Shown one piece after another: positions 31,331 to 42,461 of a stretch of DNA of 64,000 bases. Source of the stretch: Dysgonamonadaceae bacterium (GTDB taxonomy: Bacteria; Bacteroidota; Bacteroidia; Bacteroidales; Azobacteroidaceae); contig JAIRKO010000039.1 of the NCBI GenBank assembly GCA_031260045.1, forward strand, positions 122,210 through 186,209. The letters are read 5' to 3'. The translations under genes were made by a program, and so were the position numbers. How positions within the stretch are numbered: position 1 is the stretch's first letter; each line of letters opens with the position of its first letter. The notes beneath the pieces were generated by a model, which was not told where the DNA came from, did not search any database, and worked only from the letters and a program-made list of their open reading frames with translations.

Positions 31331-32629
31331 TCATGGTACGTTCAGCGCTTTTATGTCCTGTATGCGGGATTGGCGGTCGAGGATAATCCCGTTTTCATCA
31401 ATCAGATAAATGGTTGGTGTCCCCACGATGCCGTAGTTTTTTATGTTCTCGCCGTTGAAGCCTTTGAAATCACACCATTTGTCCGCCCAAGGGTAATCTT
31501 TGGAATGATATTCAAAAACTTCCCTGCTTTCGTCAGTCGAAATGGAAATCACGCGGGTTCCTTTTTTCGTCAGGTCGGGATAGCGCTTGGCGATTTCGGC
31601 AAGTTGTTTTACGCAGTGTTCGCACCCCGATTCGTAAAAAATAATCAGCGCATTGGTCGGCGTTTTGCTAAGCAGGGGCGCTTTGCCTCCGATTTTGATT
31701 TTGCTTTGCGCGATCGCCCGTCTCACCATGCCGCCTGTGGAGGCAATGCGCCCGGAAGTTTCCAGATAATTGACAATCATTTCTTCGGCTTTGTCCCATC
31801 CGTATTGTTCGCAGGCAAGTATCACGTCCTTTGCAAATCCTTCAAAAGCAGATTGTTGCGCGGTGCGTTGAAACATTTTTATCATCGCTTCGCCCCAGCC
31901 GGTTTCGTCGTCGAAAGCGTCGAAAGTAAACGACATGACGAACATCCAAATACCGCTGTTGAACAGCCGCGCCACATCCATTTTCTCTATTACATAATGT
32001 GTAAAATCGGCGCGCAGTTCTTTTTGTTCGCTTGGCAAATACATCTTGTCGCCGAACCCGCGCATGTAGTTCAGGATTTTTATGAAAAACGCCGCATACG
32101 AACTATCGCCGACCGATTTTTCACAAAACGCCGCATATGCCTCCTGCAAGGGCAGTATTTCCCGAAAAAACGAGAGCGGCAACGAATCCCTGTTTTGCGC
32201 GGCATGGTAGGCTTTATATATGGAGTCGGTTTTTTGGAAAATGGGCAAAAATTCGCGCTCGTAGCGGTTTAGGCGGTCGTTTTCCTCGCTGCCGGCATAA
32301 AAAATATTGTTTTTGCCCGGCACGGAATCTTCGCATGCGATGGAAAAATCTTCATTATTCACGATAAAATCAACGTTTCCGCTGCCGATTACCGCCCAAC
32401 TTCCCCTGCCTGCGTAGCCTTTAAAATTTTCGGGAATGGCGAGCGTCGCCCGCCCCTCAAGGCTCATTACGCCGGTTTGCGCGGTGTCTTTCAAGATGCC
32501 GCGATTGAGGATGAATGCGTATTCTTTTCCGGCAAAGCGGGGGAAATGAATGTCAATGTTTTGTGCGGATATGCCGCCGCATACGCCGGCAAAAACGATT
32601 GCCGCAACGGCTTTAATGGATGGGTTCAT
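31331..32629 (-). CDS. Exported thioredoxin-fold protein (TlpA/AhpC-TSA-like)
   Basis: Signal peptide; C-terminal CEHC and GTPTIYLID. Confidence 0.8.
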   Translation of the reverse strand: MNPSIKAVAAIVFAGVCGGISAQNIDIHFPRFAGKEYAFILNRGILKDTAQTGVMSLEGRATLAIPENFKGYAGRGSWAVIGSGNVDFIVNNEDFSIACEDSVPGKNNIFYAGSEENDRLNRYEREFLPIFQKTDSIYKAYHAAQNRDSLPLSFFREILPLQEAYAAFCEKSVGDSSYAAFFIKILNYMRGFGDKMYLPSEQKELRADFTHYVIEKMDVARLFNSGIWMFVMSFTFDAFDDETGWGEAMIKMFQRTAQQSAFEGFAKDVILACEQYGWDKAEEMIVNYLETSGRIASTGGMVRRAIAQSKIKIGGKAPLLSKTPTNALIIFYESGCEHCVKQLAEIAKRYPDLTKKGTRVISISTDESREVFEYHSKDYPWADKWCDFKGFNGENIKNYGIVGTPTIYLIDENGIILDRQSRIQDIKALNVP

Positions 32630-32681
32630 GTTTTAAGTATGTGTGAAAAATAATATGAACTAATTATGGACATTTACTTTT

Positions 32682-33155
32682 TTATTCGTGATGATAAGGC
32701 TCATTCTTCAATATCGTCATTGCCCGATACAGTTGCTCGACAAAAACCAGTCGCACAAGTTGATGGGAAAACGTCATTTTCGACAAAGCGATTTTGTCGT
32801 GGGCGGCGTCGTAAACCTTTTGCGAAAAGCCATAAGCCCCTCCGATAACAAACACCAAGCGTTTCGGCGTCGCCTGCATTTTTTTTCGGATGTATTCGGC
32901 AAATTCGAGCGAAGTAAAAGCCGTGCCGCGCTCGTCGGACAAAACAACGAAATCGCTCGTTTGAAGCGACCTGAGAATCAATTCGCCCTCTTTCTCTTTC
33001 ACTTGGTCGGCAGACAGGTTTTTCGTGTTTTTTATATCGCTAATCACCTCCGTTTCAAAGGGAAGGTAGTGTTTCAGCCGGGCGGTGTATTCATCCGTTC
33101 CTTTTCGGAGGAAATCTCGGTCGGTTTTTCCTACCGTTATCAGGTGAATTTTCAT
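32682..33155 (-). CDS. rlmH: 23S rRNA (pseudouridine1915-N3)-methyltransferase
   Basis: FVIGGAYG, SKMTFSHQ, EQLYRA, PYH; -7 box at 33260-33267. Confidence 0.95.
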   Translation of the reverse strand: MKIHLITVGKTDRDFLRKGTDEYTARLKHYLPFETEVISDIKNTKNLSADQVKEKEGELILRSLQTSDFVVLSDERGTAFTSLEFAEYIRKKMQATPKRLVFVIGGAYGFSQKVYDAAHDKIALSKMTFSHQLVRLVFVEQLYRAMTILKNEPYHHE

Positions 33156-33519
33156 CGGTTTATGTTTTTATTTTATTGCCGCGAATGCACTGATTTTATT
33201 CGTGTCAATTCGTGCATTAGCGGCATAAATTAATCCTTTTAACAGGCGAGGAATGGTTGCAAATGTAGCAATTAATTTCTTATCTTTCAAATTCTTTTAT
33301 TGCGGTGGGTACAATTAACCACGCCAAACTGCGTTTTAAACGACCGAGCCGTTACACGCGAATTGCGAAGCGGGAATAGGGAGTGCATTTTGCAGATGCC
33401 CTGCGTTATTTTGCTTGTTCTTTATGTTATATAGATCTTCATGTTATTTACCTTGTTTTCTAACTAAATGTTCATAATTTAATTTTTTACACATAACTGA
33501 ATAAAAATATTAATTATAT

Positions 33520-34243
33520 ATGTTACAACAAAAATACAACTTCGGCGTAACCGGCGGTTTAATCCGGTCGGAACTGCGCATGATTTTACGTTCGCCCCGC
33601 CTCAGGCTGCAGGTCGTTTTGATGGGGATTTTGGTCGTCGCCGCGTTTTTTTATATGCTGTATGCTCCAAGCGGCATTTTGTCGCTCATGCCGTTTCTCT
33701 TTTTTCCGTATGGAATATTCGTCGTTGGGTTCATGGGAATCGCAATGGGGCAATGTTTTTTTATGGTGGAGTCGTCATTTTTCGATGAATCGGCGGCACG
33801 CAAAATCGCTCTGTTTGAAGTGTTGAAAAGCAAATATATTTTATACCGTTCCTATTCGCTGGCGGTAACGCTTTTGCTGCTGATTCCTGCATTTCACGGA
33901 AAAATAAGCGTTTTCATGCTGTTATCGCTGTTTTTCTACACAACGGGGGTGGTTTATTTTTTAATTTTTCAGCACCTTAATTTATAACAAGAAGTATTTC
34001 TACCTTTTCGACCGATGGATGTGGGGCGGGAAATGGCAGTCATGGCAAGCGACGGCGATTACGATGCTCGCGGTATTTCTGCCCGCCGTCCCGCCGTCGA
34101 TACTCAACGGCATATTCGGGGAAACGGCTGCCGGAGGGTTTATGCTGGTTTCGGGCGCGGCGTTTACGTTTGGTTACAAATATTGGCTTGCGTGGACTTA
34201 CAGGCGGTTCTTGCGGCGGGAATACGAAAACGAGGCGAATTAA
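33520..34243 (+). pseudogene. Truncated, frameshifted membrane protein (DUF5687-like, C-terminal half)
   Basis: ELRMILRSPR...MGQ.FF..ESSFFD..L.SKY. Stop at 33987; a one-base shift near 33978 continues as IYNKKYFYLFD... into ORF 34019..34243. Confidence 0.6.
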
Positions 34244-34287
34244 TTCGTTGCGTGAAAATTCGTGCAATTTGCGGGCAAGCCCCATTT

Positions 34288-35475
34288 CTACAGCGCCTGC
34301 TCCAAATCCGCAATCAAATCTTCGGCGTTTTCCAAACCCACCGACAGGCGGAAAATTCCTTCGCCTGCAAAAGCATTCCACGAATCCAACTGCTTTTGCG
34401 TGGAAAATTTAAACGTTGTTTTGAATAATTCCCGGCTGTCAAGGTAAAAAATCAACGAACGGTGATGCCCCAGCGATACGGCGTAATGGATAATTTTCAG
34501 ATTTTCGGCAAGCCTCTGCGCAACCGCTTTCCCGTCGCCAACTTGAAAACCGATGATACCCGAAAAGTTTCTCATCTGCCGGCAAGCCAACTCGTATTGC
34601 GGATGCGAAGGCAGTCCGGGATAAATAACCTTTTTAACCTGCGGATGCTGTTCCAGAAAAGCGGCGATTTTCAGCGCATTCTCCTGATGCACCCGCATAC
34701 GGAGCGGTAAAGTCGCCAAACCCCGCATAATCAGCCAAGCATTGAACGGGCTTAAGGTTCCGCCGAAGCGGACGGCGGTTTTCCGACGCAAAGCCGCAAG
34801 GTCGGTTTTGTTTCCAATGACAATGCCGCCCAAAGCATCGCCGTGTCCACAGGCATATTTTGTCAGAGAATGAATCACAAAATCGGCGCCCAGCGACAGG
34901 GGTTTCGTGGCGATGGGCGTGGCAAAAGTCGAATCGACGGCAAGTTTGGCATTCGCGCGGTGTGCAATTTCCGCCGTCGCCGCAATGTCGGTCAATCGGA
35001 GTAGAGGATTGCAGGGCGTTTCGACATACACCAGACGGGTGTTGGGTTTCAGGGCTGCCTGTACGGCTTCCGGGTCGGAAGTATCGACTTTGGTGATTTC
35101 GATGTGCAGAGCCGGTATCAACTCGTTGGTCAGTTCCGACAGGGCGGCGTAAGCCACATCGCTGACAACGGCATGGTCGCCGGCGCGAAGCAGATGAAAA
35201 AGCAGGGCTGAAATAGCGCCCATGCCGCTGGCAAAAGCCGTTGCCGCTTCGGCTTCTTCCAGCGCAGCCAGTTTTTCTTCCAGTTGGCGGATGGTGGGAT
35301 TGCCCCAGCGGGTGTAAATCCAACCCATGTCCTCGTCCATGTTTTCCGCCGAAAAAGCGGTATTCGCTTGCGTAATAAAAGTGGTCGACATGACGATGTC
35401 GGGCGCGGACGCACCCGTCGCCGGATTGGGAAATTCGCCCGCATGAATCGCTTTTGTTTGTTCGCCTAAATTCAT
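34288..35475 (-). CDS. PLP-dependent trans-sulfuration enzyme (methionine gamma-lyase / cystathionine gamma-synthase family)
   Basis: YTRWGNPT, ASGMGA, ETPCNP, DSTFATP, HSLTKY, RLSVGLE. Confidence 0.88.
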   Translation of the reverse strand: MNLGEQTKAIHAGEFPNPATGASAPDIVMSTTFITQANTAFSAENMDEDMGWIYTRWGNPTIRQLEEKLAALEEAEAATAFASGMGAISALLFHLLRAGDHAVVSDVAYAALSELTNELIPALHIEITKVDTSDPEAVQAALKPNTRLVYVETPCNPLLRLTDIAATAEIAHRANAKLAVDSTFATPIATKPLSLGADFVIHSLTKYACGHGDALGGIVIGNKTDLAALRRKTAVRFGGTLSPFNAWLIMRGLATLPLRMRVHQENALKIAAFLEQHPQVKKVIYPGLPSHPQYELACRQMRNFSGIIGFQVGDGKAVAQRLAENLKIIHYAVSLGHHRSLIFYLDSRELFKTTFKFSTQKQLDSWNAFAGEGIFRLSVGLENAEDLIADLEQAL

Positions 35476-35489
35476 GATGTTTTTGTTTT

Positions 35490-35577
35490 GTTAGTAAACG
35501 AGTTAACAAGTAAACGAGCAAACCCGGAGGTTTTTTCCCTCTTGTTTACTCGTTCACTTATCAACTCGTTTACTTAT

Positions 35578-35580
<3 letters not shown>
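35490..35580. repeat. 8-bp-period inverted repeat hairpin
   Basis: AGTAAACG AGTTAACA AGTAAACG ... TTGTTTAC TCGTTCAC TTATCAAC TCGTTTAC TTATTTAC. Confidence 0.75.
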
Positions 35581-36888
<1,308 letters not shown>

Positions 36889-36907
36889 TTAATATTAAAT
36901 TATGGGG

Positions 36908-36956
36908 CAAAATTAACGTCAATGTGTGAGATATGAAATACCATTTATGGGGTATT
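36908..36956 (-). promoter_or_regulatory. metY -7 box plus upstream AATACC-N8-GGTATT palindrome
   Basis: TAATTTTG on the minus strand at 36908-36915; AATACC ATTTATGG GGTATT at 36937-36956. Confidence 0.65.
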
Positions 36957-37024
36957 TTTTACCGGTTTGATTGGCGCGTTGGTATAGGTGGAGGAAACGC
37001 ATTTGTTTTTCCCTGTCTCTACTC

Positions 37025-37082
37025 GGTTTGCAATGACGGGGCTTTTGCAGAGGATTGCGGGTCTCCGCTTTGCTCGCAATAA
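37025..37082. repeat. REP-like element
   Basis: GCAATGACGGG...GCAGAGGATTGCGGGTCTCCGCTTTGCTCGCAAT; related to 25282-25320 and 41474-41520. Confidence 0.65.
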
Positions 37083-37172
37083 TGCGATTTATAAAGCAAC
37101 GTGAATTAATTAAAAAATTTATTGTACTTTTGCGCAAGTTTTCAAAATTGAAAATCGGCGTATATATAATTT

Positions 37173-39119
37173 ATGGTAAAAATAACATTCCCCGACGGTT
37201 CCGTGCGCGAATATCCGAAAGGCACAACTGCCATGCAAATAGCTGAAAGCATCAGCCCGCGTTTGGCGCAGGATGTTCTTTCGGCAAGCGTTAACGGTGA
37301 AACGCAGGATTTGTCGCGCCCGATAAACACGGATGCGGTTGTTCGTTTGCATAAATGGGAGGATGATGAAGGCAAACATACATTCTGGCATTCTTCCGCG
37401 CATTTGTTGGCGGAAGCCCTGCAAATACTCTATCCGGGCATCCGGTTCGGGATAGGTCCGGCAATCGAAAACGGGTTTTATTACGATGTGGATCCGGGCG
37501 AAGGCGTAATCATTCGGGAAGCCGACCTGCCCGCCATCGAAAAGAAAATGCAGGAATTGGCGGCGACAAAGAGCCCGATTTGCAGAGAAAATATTACCCA
37601 AAAAGATGCTTTGAAACTGTTCGGCGACAGAAATGAGACCTATAAAACCGAATTAATCGCCGAATTAGCCGACGGGACAATCACAACCTACACGCAGGGC
37701 GTATTTACCGACCTTTGCCGAGGTCCGCATTTGCCCGATATGTCCTACATCAAAGCCGTTAAATTGACGTCGGTAGCGGGCGCTTACTGGCGCGGTGACG
37801 AAAAACGCCCGCAACTAACCCGCATTTACGGAATTACATTTCCGAAAAAGAAACTTTTGGACGAATACCTTGTTCTTCTGGAAGAAGCCAAAAAGCGCGA
37901 CCACCGGAAAATCGGCAAGGAAATGGAATTGTTCGCTTTCTCGCAAAATGTGGGGCAGGGGCTTCCGCTCTGGTTGCCGAAAGGAACGCAACTGCGCCTG
38001 ACGTTGGAAAATTTTCTCAAGAAAATTCAAAAACAATACGGCTACCAACAAGTTATTACGCCGCATATTGGAAACAAAATGCTGTACGTAACTTCCGGTC
38101 ATTATGCGAAATACGGGAAAGATTCGTTCCAGCCCATTCATACGCCCGAAGCGGGCGAAGAATTTTTGCTGAAACCGATGAATTGTCCGCATCATTGCGA
38201 AATATACAGGGCTTTTCCGCGTTCCTACAAGGAATTGCCGCTCCGATTAGCCGAATTTGGGACGGTTTACCGTTACGAGCAAAGCGGAGAATTGCACGGA
38301 TTAACGCGCGTGCGGGGTTTTACGCAAGACGACGCGCATATTTTTTGTACCCCCGAACAGGTTAAAGAGGAGTTTATCAAGGTGATGGATATTATCCACA
38401 TTATTTTCCGCGCCTTGAACTTTTCGGAATACGAAGCGCAGATTTCGTTGCGCGACCCCAAAAACAAGGAAAAATACATCGGCTCGGAAGAAAATTGGCA
38501 GCAAGCCGAAAGAGCCATTATCGAAGTTTGCGAAGAAAAAGGCGTCAATGCGAAAATCGAATTGGGCGAAGCCGCTTTCTATGGACCTAAACTGGATTTT
38601 ATGGTAAAGGATGCTTTGGGTCGCCGCTGGCAGTTGGGAACCATTCAGGTCGATTACAGTTTGCCGGAACGTTTTGAATTGGAATATGTCGGCGCGGACA
38701 ACCAAAAACACCGTCCGGTGATGATTCACCGCGCGCCGTTTGGGTCGATGGAACGTTTTGTCGCGGTGTTGATCGAGCATACAGCCGGCAAGTTTCCCCT
38801 GTGGTTGGCGCCCGATCAGGCAGTGGTAATTCCGGTTAGCGAAAAATTTAATGCTTACGCCGAAAAGGTTGCCGAAGAATTAAAGAAAAGAGACATTCGC
38901 GTTGTCATTGACGACAGGAATGAAAAAATCGGGCGGAAAATCAGGGATAACGAACTGAAAAAAATCCCTTATTTAGTGGTCGCCGGTGAAAAAGAAGTCG
39001 AAAATAATCAAATTTCCGTAAGAAAACAGGGTGGAGTTGATATGGGCTTAATGAAAATTGCTAACTTTGCGGAAGTAATTAATTCTGAAATAGAAAAACA
39101 AAGTTTTGTTAGTTCATAA
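37173..39119 (+). CDS. thrS: Threonine--tRNA ligase
   Basis: [43 protein letters not shown]; -7 box at 37125-37132. Confidence 0.98.
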   Translation: MVKITFPDGSVREYPKGTTAMQIAESISPRLAQDVLSASVNGETQDLSRPINTDAVVRLHKWEDDEGKHTFWHSSAHLLAEALQILYPGIRFGIGPAIENGFYYDVDPGEGVIIREADLPAIEKKMQELAATKSPICRENITQKDALKLFGDRNETYKTELIAELADGTITTYTQGVFTDLCRGPHLPDMSYIKAVKLTSVAGAYWRGDEKRPQLTRIYGITFPKKKLLDEYLVLLEEAKKRDHRKIGKEMELFAFSQNVGQGLPLWLPKGTQLRLTLENFLKKIQKQYGYQQVITPHIGNKMLYVTSGHYAKYGKDSFQPIHTPEAGEEFLLKPMNCPHHCEIYRAFPRSYKELPLRLAEFGTVYRYEQSGELHGLTRVRGFTQDDAHIFCTPEQVKEEFIKVMDIIHIIFRALNFSEYEAQISLRDPKNKEKYIGSEENWQQAERAIIEVCEEKGVNAKIELGEAAFYGPKLDFMVKDALGRRWQLGTIQVDYSLPERFELEYVGADNQKHRPVMIHRAPFGSMERFVAVLIEHTAGKFPLWLAPDQAVVIPVSEKFNAYAEKVAEELKKRDIRVVIDDRNEKIGRKIRDNELKKIPYLVVAGEKEVENNQISVRKQGGVDMGLMKIANFAEVINSEIEKQSFVSS

Positions 39120-39746
39120 ATGAAGAAAGACAATCTTAAAAATCAGTACCGGATCAATGAAAGGATTCGGGCAAAGGAAGTCCGTTTGGTGGGAGACAAT
39201 ATAGAACAGGGTGTTTATCCGCTAAGTCAGGCTTTGAAAATTGCAAAAGCGCAGGAGTTGGATTTGATCGAAATTTCGCCGACAGCCGAGCCTCCCGTTT
39301 GTAGAATTTTGGATTTCCAAAAGTTTATCTACCAACAAAAAAAACGTCAAAAGGAACAAAAAGCCAAATCTGTGAAAATTGTAATTAAGGAAATTCGCTT
39401 CGGTCCGCAAACCGACGACCATGATTATAATTTCAAGTTGAAACATGCGAAAAACTTCCTCGAAGAGGGCGCAAAAGTGAAAGCTTATGTGTTTTTCAGG
39501 GGGCGTTCGATTCTCTTCAAGGAACAGGGCGAGGTTTTGCTGTTGCGCTTCGCCGACGATTTGGAAGATTACGCCAAAGTGGAACAATTGCCCGCTTTGG
39601 AAGGGAAAAAGATGATTATTATGTTGACGCCTAAAAAATTAGTAGCCGCAACAAAAGTAGTCGAAGAACAGAAAAAACTTGTAAAACGGGGCGATAATCC
39701 GGTTGAACAGAACACAACAACAGAAGAAGACGAGCATCTCGATTGA
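39120..39746 (+). CDS. infC: Translation initiation factor IF-3
   Basis: INERIR, PPVCRI, KEIRF; internal -7 box at 39062-39069. Confidence 0.96.
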   Translation: MKKDNLKNQYRINERIRAKEVRLVGDNIEQGVYPLSQALKIAKAQELDLIEISPTAEPPVCRILDFQKFIYQQKKRQKEQKAKSVKIVIKEIRFGPQTDDHDYNFKLKHAKNFLEEGAKVKAYVFFRGRSILFKEQGEVLLLRFADDLEDYAKVEQLPALEGKKMIIMLTPKKLVAATKVVEEQKKLVKRGDNPVEQNTTTEEDEHLD

Positions 39747-39794
39747 TGTCGTAGATGCTTTTTAATAATTAAATAATCAATTAAATAAAAAAAC

Positions 39795-39992
39795 ATGCCT
39801 AAAATGAAGACTAATTCCGGTGCAAAAAAAAGATTCGCTCTTACCGGAACAGGAAAAATCAAGAGAAAACATGCTTACAAAAGTCATATTCTAACGAAAA
39901 AGACCAAGAAGCAAAAAAGACGGTTGACGCATTTTTCTATTCTCAGTAAAGCAAACAAACGGAGTGTGCAGGAAATGCTTGGAATGAAATAA
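39795..39992 (+). CDS. rpmI: 50S ribosomal protein L35
   Basis: [14 protein letters not shown]...SHILTKK. Confidence 0.97.
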   Translation: MPKMKTNSGAKKRFALTGTGKIKRKHAYKSHILTKKTKKQKRRLTHFSILSKANKRSVQEMLGMK

Positions 39993-40087
39993 CCGTAAAA
40001 AGAGAGTTTTAAAGATTTATTAACGGAAAATCAGCACAAAAGACCGTTTAAGTGCGGCGCTAATTTTCACAATCATTTTAATTAATT

Positions 40088-40432
40088 ATGCCGAGATCAG
40101 TAAATCATGTAGCTTCGAGAGCTAAAAGAAAAAAAATCCTCAAACTGACAAGAGGTTATTATGGCGCAAGAAAAAATGTATGGACAGTCGCCAAAAACAC
40201 GTGGGAAAAAGGTTTAACGTATGCGTTCCGCGACCGGAGAGCTAAAAAACGCAATTTTCGCGGATTATGGATACAGCGTATCGGCGCTGCCGCCCGTTTG
40301 GAAGGGCTGTCTTATTCCCGTTTGATGGGCGCTTTGCATAAGAACGGAATAGAAATCAACCGCAAAGTGCTTGCCGATTTGGCAATGAATCATCCGGAAG
40401 CATTCAAAGCGATTGTTGATAAAGTAAAATAG
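40088..40432 (+). CDS. rplT: 50S ribosomal protein L20
   Basis: [11 protein letters not shown]...FRGLWIQRI...[10 protein letters not shown]. Confidence 0.98.
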   Translation: MPRSVNHVASRAKRKKILKLTRGYYGARKNVWTVAKNTWEKGLTYAFRDRRAKKRNFRGLWIQRIGAAARLEGLSYSRLMGALHKNGIEINRKVLADLAMNHPEAFKAIVDKVK

Positions 40433-40541
40433 GACGGCTGGTAAAGGGCTGTCTTGAAAATCCGCCGATGAACGCGGATTATATGGATTTGCACGGATAT
40501 GGTCGGAACGGGAAGTTGATACCGTAACCGTGCTGGGGATG

Positions 40542-41453
40542 CTAAAATAATCCCCGCCCAAATACGCTCAACGGTAATTTCCGTCCCGCCCTGTCCTGCA
40601 AAAACAATTCCCCAAACTCAATCCGCGCACTTGCCGGAAAATATTCTTTCAGCAGATTTTCCGCAATCAGCGAAGAAAATCCCATGGAATACAGGTTGAG
40701 AACACAAAAAGCGTTGTGTTCGTCCGAAATTCGGCTGCAAGCATCCATTAATTCTGCGATGCGTTCTTCCAGTATCCATTTTTCACCTTCGGGACCGCGT
40801 CCGTAAGCCGGTGGATCGAGGATGATTCCCTGATATTTTTTCCCGCGTTTTGCTTCCCGTTTTACGAATTTCAGCGCGTCTTCGCACACCCAACGGATGT
40901 TGTCGAGACCGGAGGCTTCCATGTTTTCGCGCGACCAACTCAATACCTGCCTGACCGAATCGACATGGGTTACATCCGCTCCCGCAGCCCGCGCGGCTAA
41001 TGATGCGCCGCCGGTATAGGCAAACAAATTAAGGACTTTGCAATCTTTCCGAAAGCCGTCGGCTGCATTGATCGAAGCGGTAACGGCGTCATAAATAAAA
41101 TTCCAATTCTCAGCCTGTTCGGGGAAAATACCGACGTGTTTGAAAGCCGTCAATCCCAGCCGGAATTTCAACGGCTTCGTTTTGCAGAGATAGGAAACAA
41201 ACCACTGTTGGGGCATTTCCGGTTTCAAAATCCACGCGCCTTTTTCATTTCCTTCCGGATGCATTTTTCCTTTTTCCCGTTTGAACAGGGCGTCCGTTTG
41301 GCGCTCCCACTCCTTTTCGGGCAATGCTTTCTGCCACACCGCTTGCGGTTCGGGACGACGAATGACGTATTTCCCAAACCGTTCGAGTTTCTCGTAATTG
41401 CCGCAGTCGATTAGCTCATAGTCCGGCATGGGGTGGGGGCTTAATAGTTTCAT
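40542..41453 (-). CDS. Class I SAM-dependent (RlmI/RlmK-like) methyltransferase
   Basis: HVGIFPEQ, VLNLFAYTGG, IILDPPAYG. Confidence 0.85.
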   Translation of the reverse strand: MKLLSPHPMPDYELIDCGNYEKLERFGKYVIRRPEPQAVWQKALPEKEWERQTDALFKREKGKMHPEGNEKGAWILKPEMPQQWFVSYLCKTKPLKFRLGLTAFKHVGIFPEQAENWNFIYDAVTASINAADGFRKDCKVLNLFAYTGGASLAARAAGADVTHVDSVRQVLSWSRENMEASGLDNIRWVCEDALKFVKREAKRGKKYQGIILDPPAYGRGPEGEKWILEERIAELMDACSRISDEHNAFCVLNLYSMGFSSLIAENLLKEYFPASARIEFGELFLQDRAGRKLPLSVFGRGLF

Positions 41454-41473
41454 ATTCCTTAATTAATTTTAAT

Positions 41474-41520
41474 CGTCATTGCGGGCGTAGCGAATCAGAG
41501 AGCCGCAATCCCCTGCAAAA
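41474..41520. repeat. REP-like element
   Basis: CGTCATTGCGGGCGTAGCGAA...GCCGCAATCCCCTGCAAAA. Confidence 0.65.
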
Positions 41521-41608
41521 CCGGCATTCATTCTACACAACCGCCCCCGCACAAAACCCGTAAAGGACTTTGAACGGGGGCGATTTATGCGCAGCCGCCA
41601 AACGCATT

Positions 41609-41923
41609 TTACCGCTTGTCTTCGATACCAAACTCGCGCCACGACGATTGCGGCATGTCAATTTTGATGATTTTGCGGGCTTCGCTTGCCTTTTTCCGCA
41701 TCGCGGCAAATGCGATTTCAAACTCTACGGTTTTTTCCTTGAGTTTGGCTTTCAGCGTTTCCTGCTCCTGATTTAGCGTGATGCAGGACTCCATGTTGGC
41801 TTGCAGGTTGGCGGCAAAAGTTGTGTCGATATTGCGCTGTCCAAGCACGTTCTGATGCGATTTGATACCGCTCACCATAATACCGGTATCAATAATTTCC
41901 TGTGACTGTGTTTTTCGTCCCAT
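41609..41923 (-). CDS. Small helical/coiled-coil hypothetical protein (104 aa)
   Basis: ATG 41923; EQETLKAKLKEKT...SEARKIIK..PQSSWREFGI; own -7 box (TATTTTTG, minus strand 41961-41968); downstream hairpin CGCCCCCG..CGGGGGCG at about 41542-41582. Confidence 0.75.
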   Translation of the reverse strand: MGRKTQSQEIIDTGIMVSGIKSHQNVLGQRNIDTTFAANLQANMESCITLNQEQETLKAKLKEKTVEFEIAFAAMRKKASEARKIIKIDMPQSSWREFGIEDKR

Positions 41924-42026
41924 ATCATTATGTTTTTTAATTATATTGAATATTCTGATGCAAAAATACAAATTATTTTTTATCCGGTACATCATCTTCG
42001 CGTCTTTTTCATCATTTATTTTTTAA

Positions 42027-42313
42027 AAGTACAGATAAACTTTTAATAAGTACAGATGAATTTCAATAAAATATAGATTAACTTTTAATAAATACATATA
42101 ACTTTCAATAAAGTACGGATAAACTATTAGTAAGTATAGATGAATTTTAATAAAGTACAGATAAACTATTAGTAAGTACATATAAACTTTAATAAAGTAC
42201 ATATAAACTTTTAATAAGTATAGATAAATTTAAATAAAATACAGATAAACTTTTAGTAAGTACAGATAAATTTCAATAAAGTATAGATGAACTTTATAAA
42301 AGTACAGATGAAA
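42027..42313. repeat. Tandem array of 13 full plus 1 partial 21-bp units, consensus about AAGTACAGATAAACTTTTAAT
   Basis: Units start at 42027, 42048, 42069 ... 42279, 42300 with no indels; A/B unit ends alternate. Confidence 0.95.
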
Positions 42314-42461
42314 ATTGCGTTCCTGCGGGACTTTTCGTCTTCGCGCTTTCGCATACAATATATTTATAAACAATTATGAGTTAATTAATACTAAATTCCC
42401 CGCACATGTTTAAACTTTCCGTACTTTTGCAACTCCTAATTTCCATTATGTTTACAATACG

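Noticed and set aside
33178-33226. Hairpin GCCGCGAATGCAC...GTGCATTAGCGGC in the rlmH leader (similar short motifs near 34235-34275 and 40460-40500)
   Set aside because: Possibly a third minor repeat family, but the copies are too few and degenerate to support a call.
33300-33420. Cobalamin riboswitch-like AATAGGGA segment
   Set aside because: It lacks the GGTG/TCC and GCCCCCGC-ACTGT core elements, and there is no B12-related gene downstream.
42027-42313. CRISPR array
   Set aside because: Units are contiguous with no unique spacers, and there are no cas genes in the window.
42027-42313. 7-aa-repeat protein encoded by the array
   Set aside because: All six frames have stops. The best minus-strand frame (YLYFI.. 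pattern) still has an internal TAA and no convincing start.
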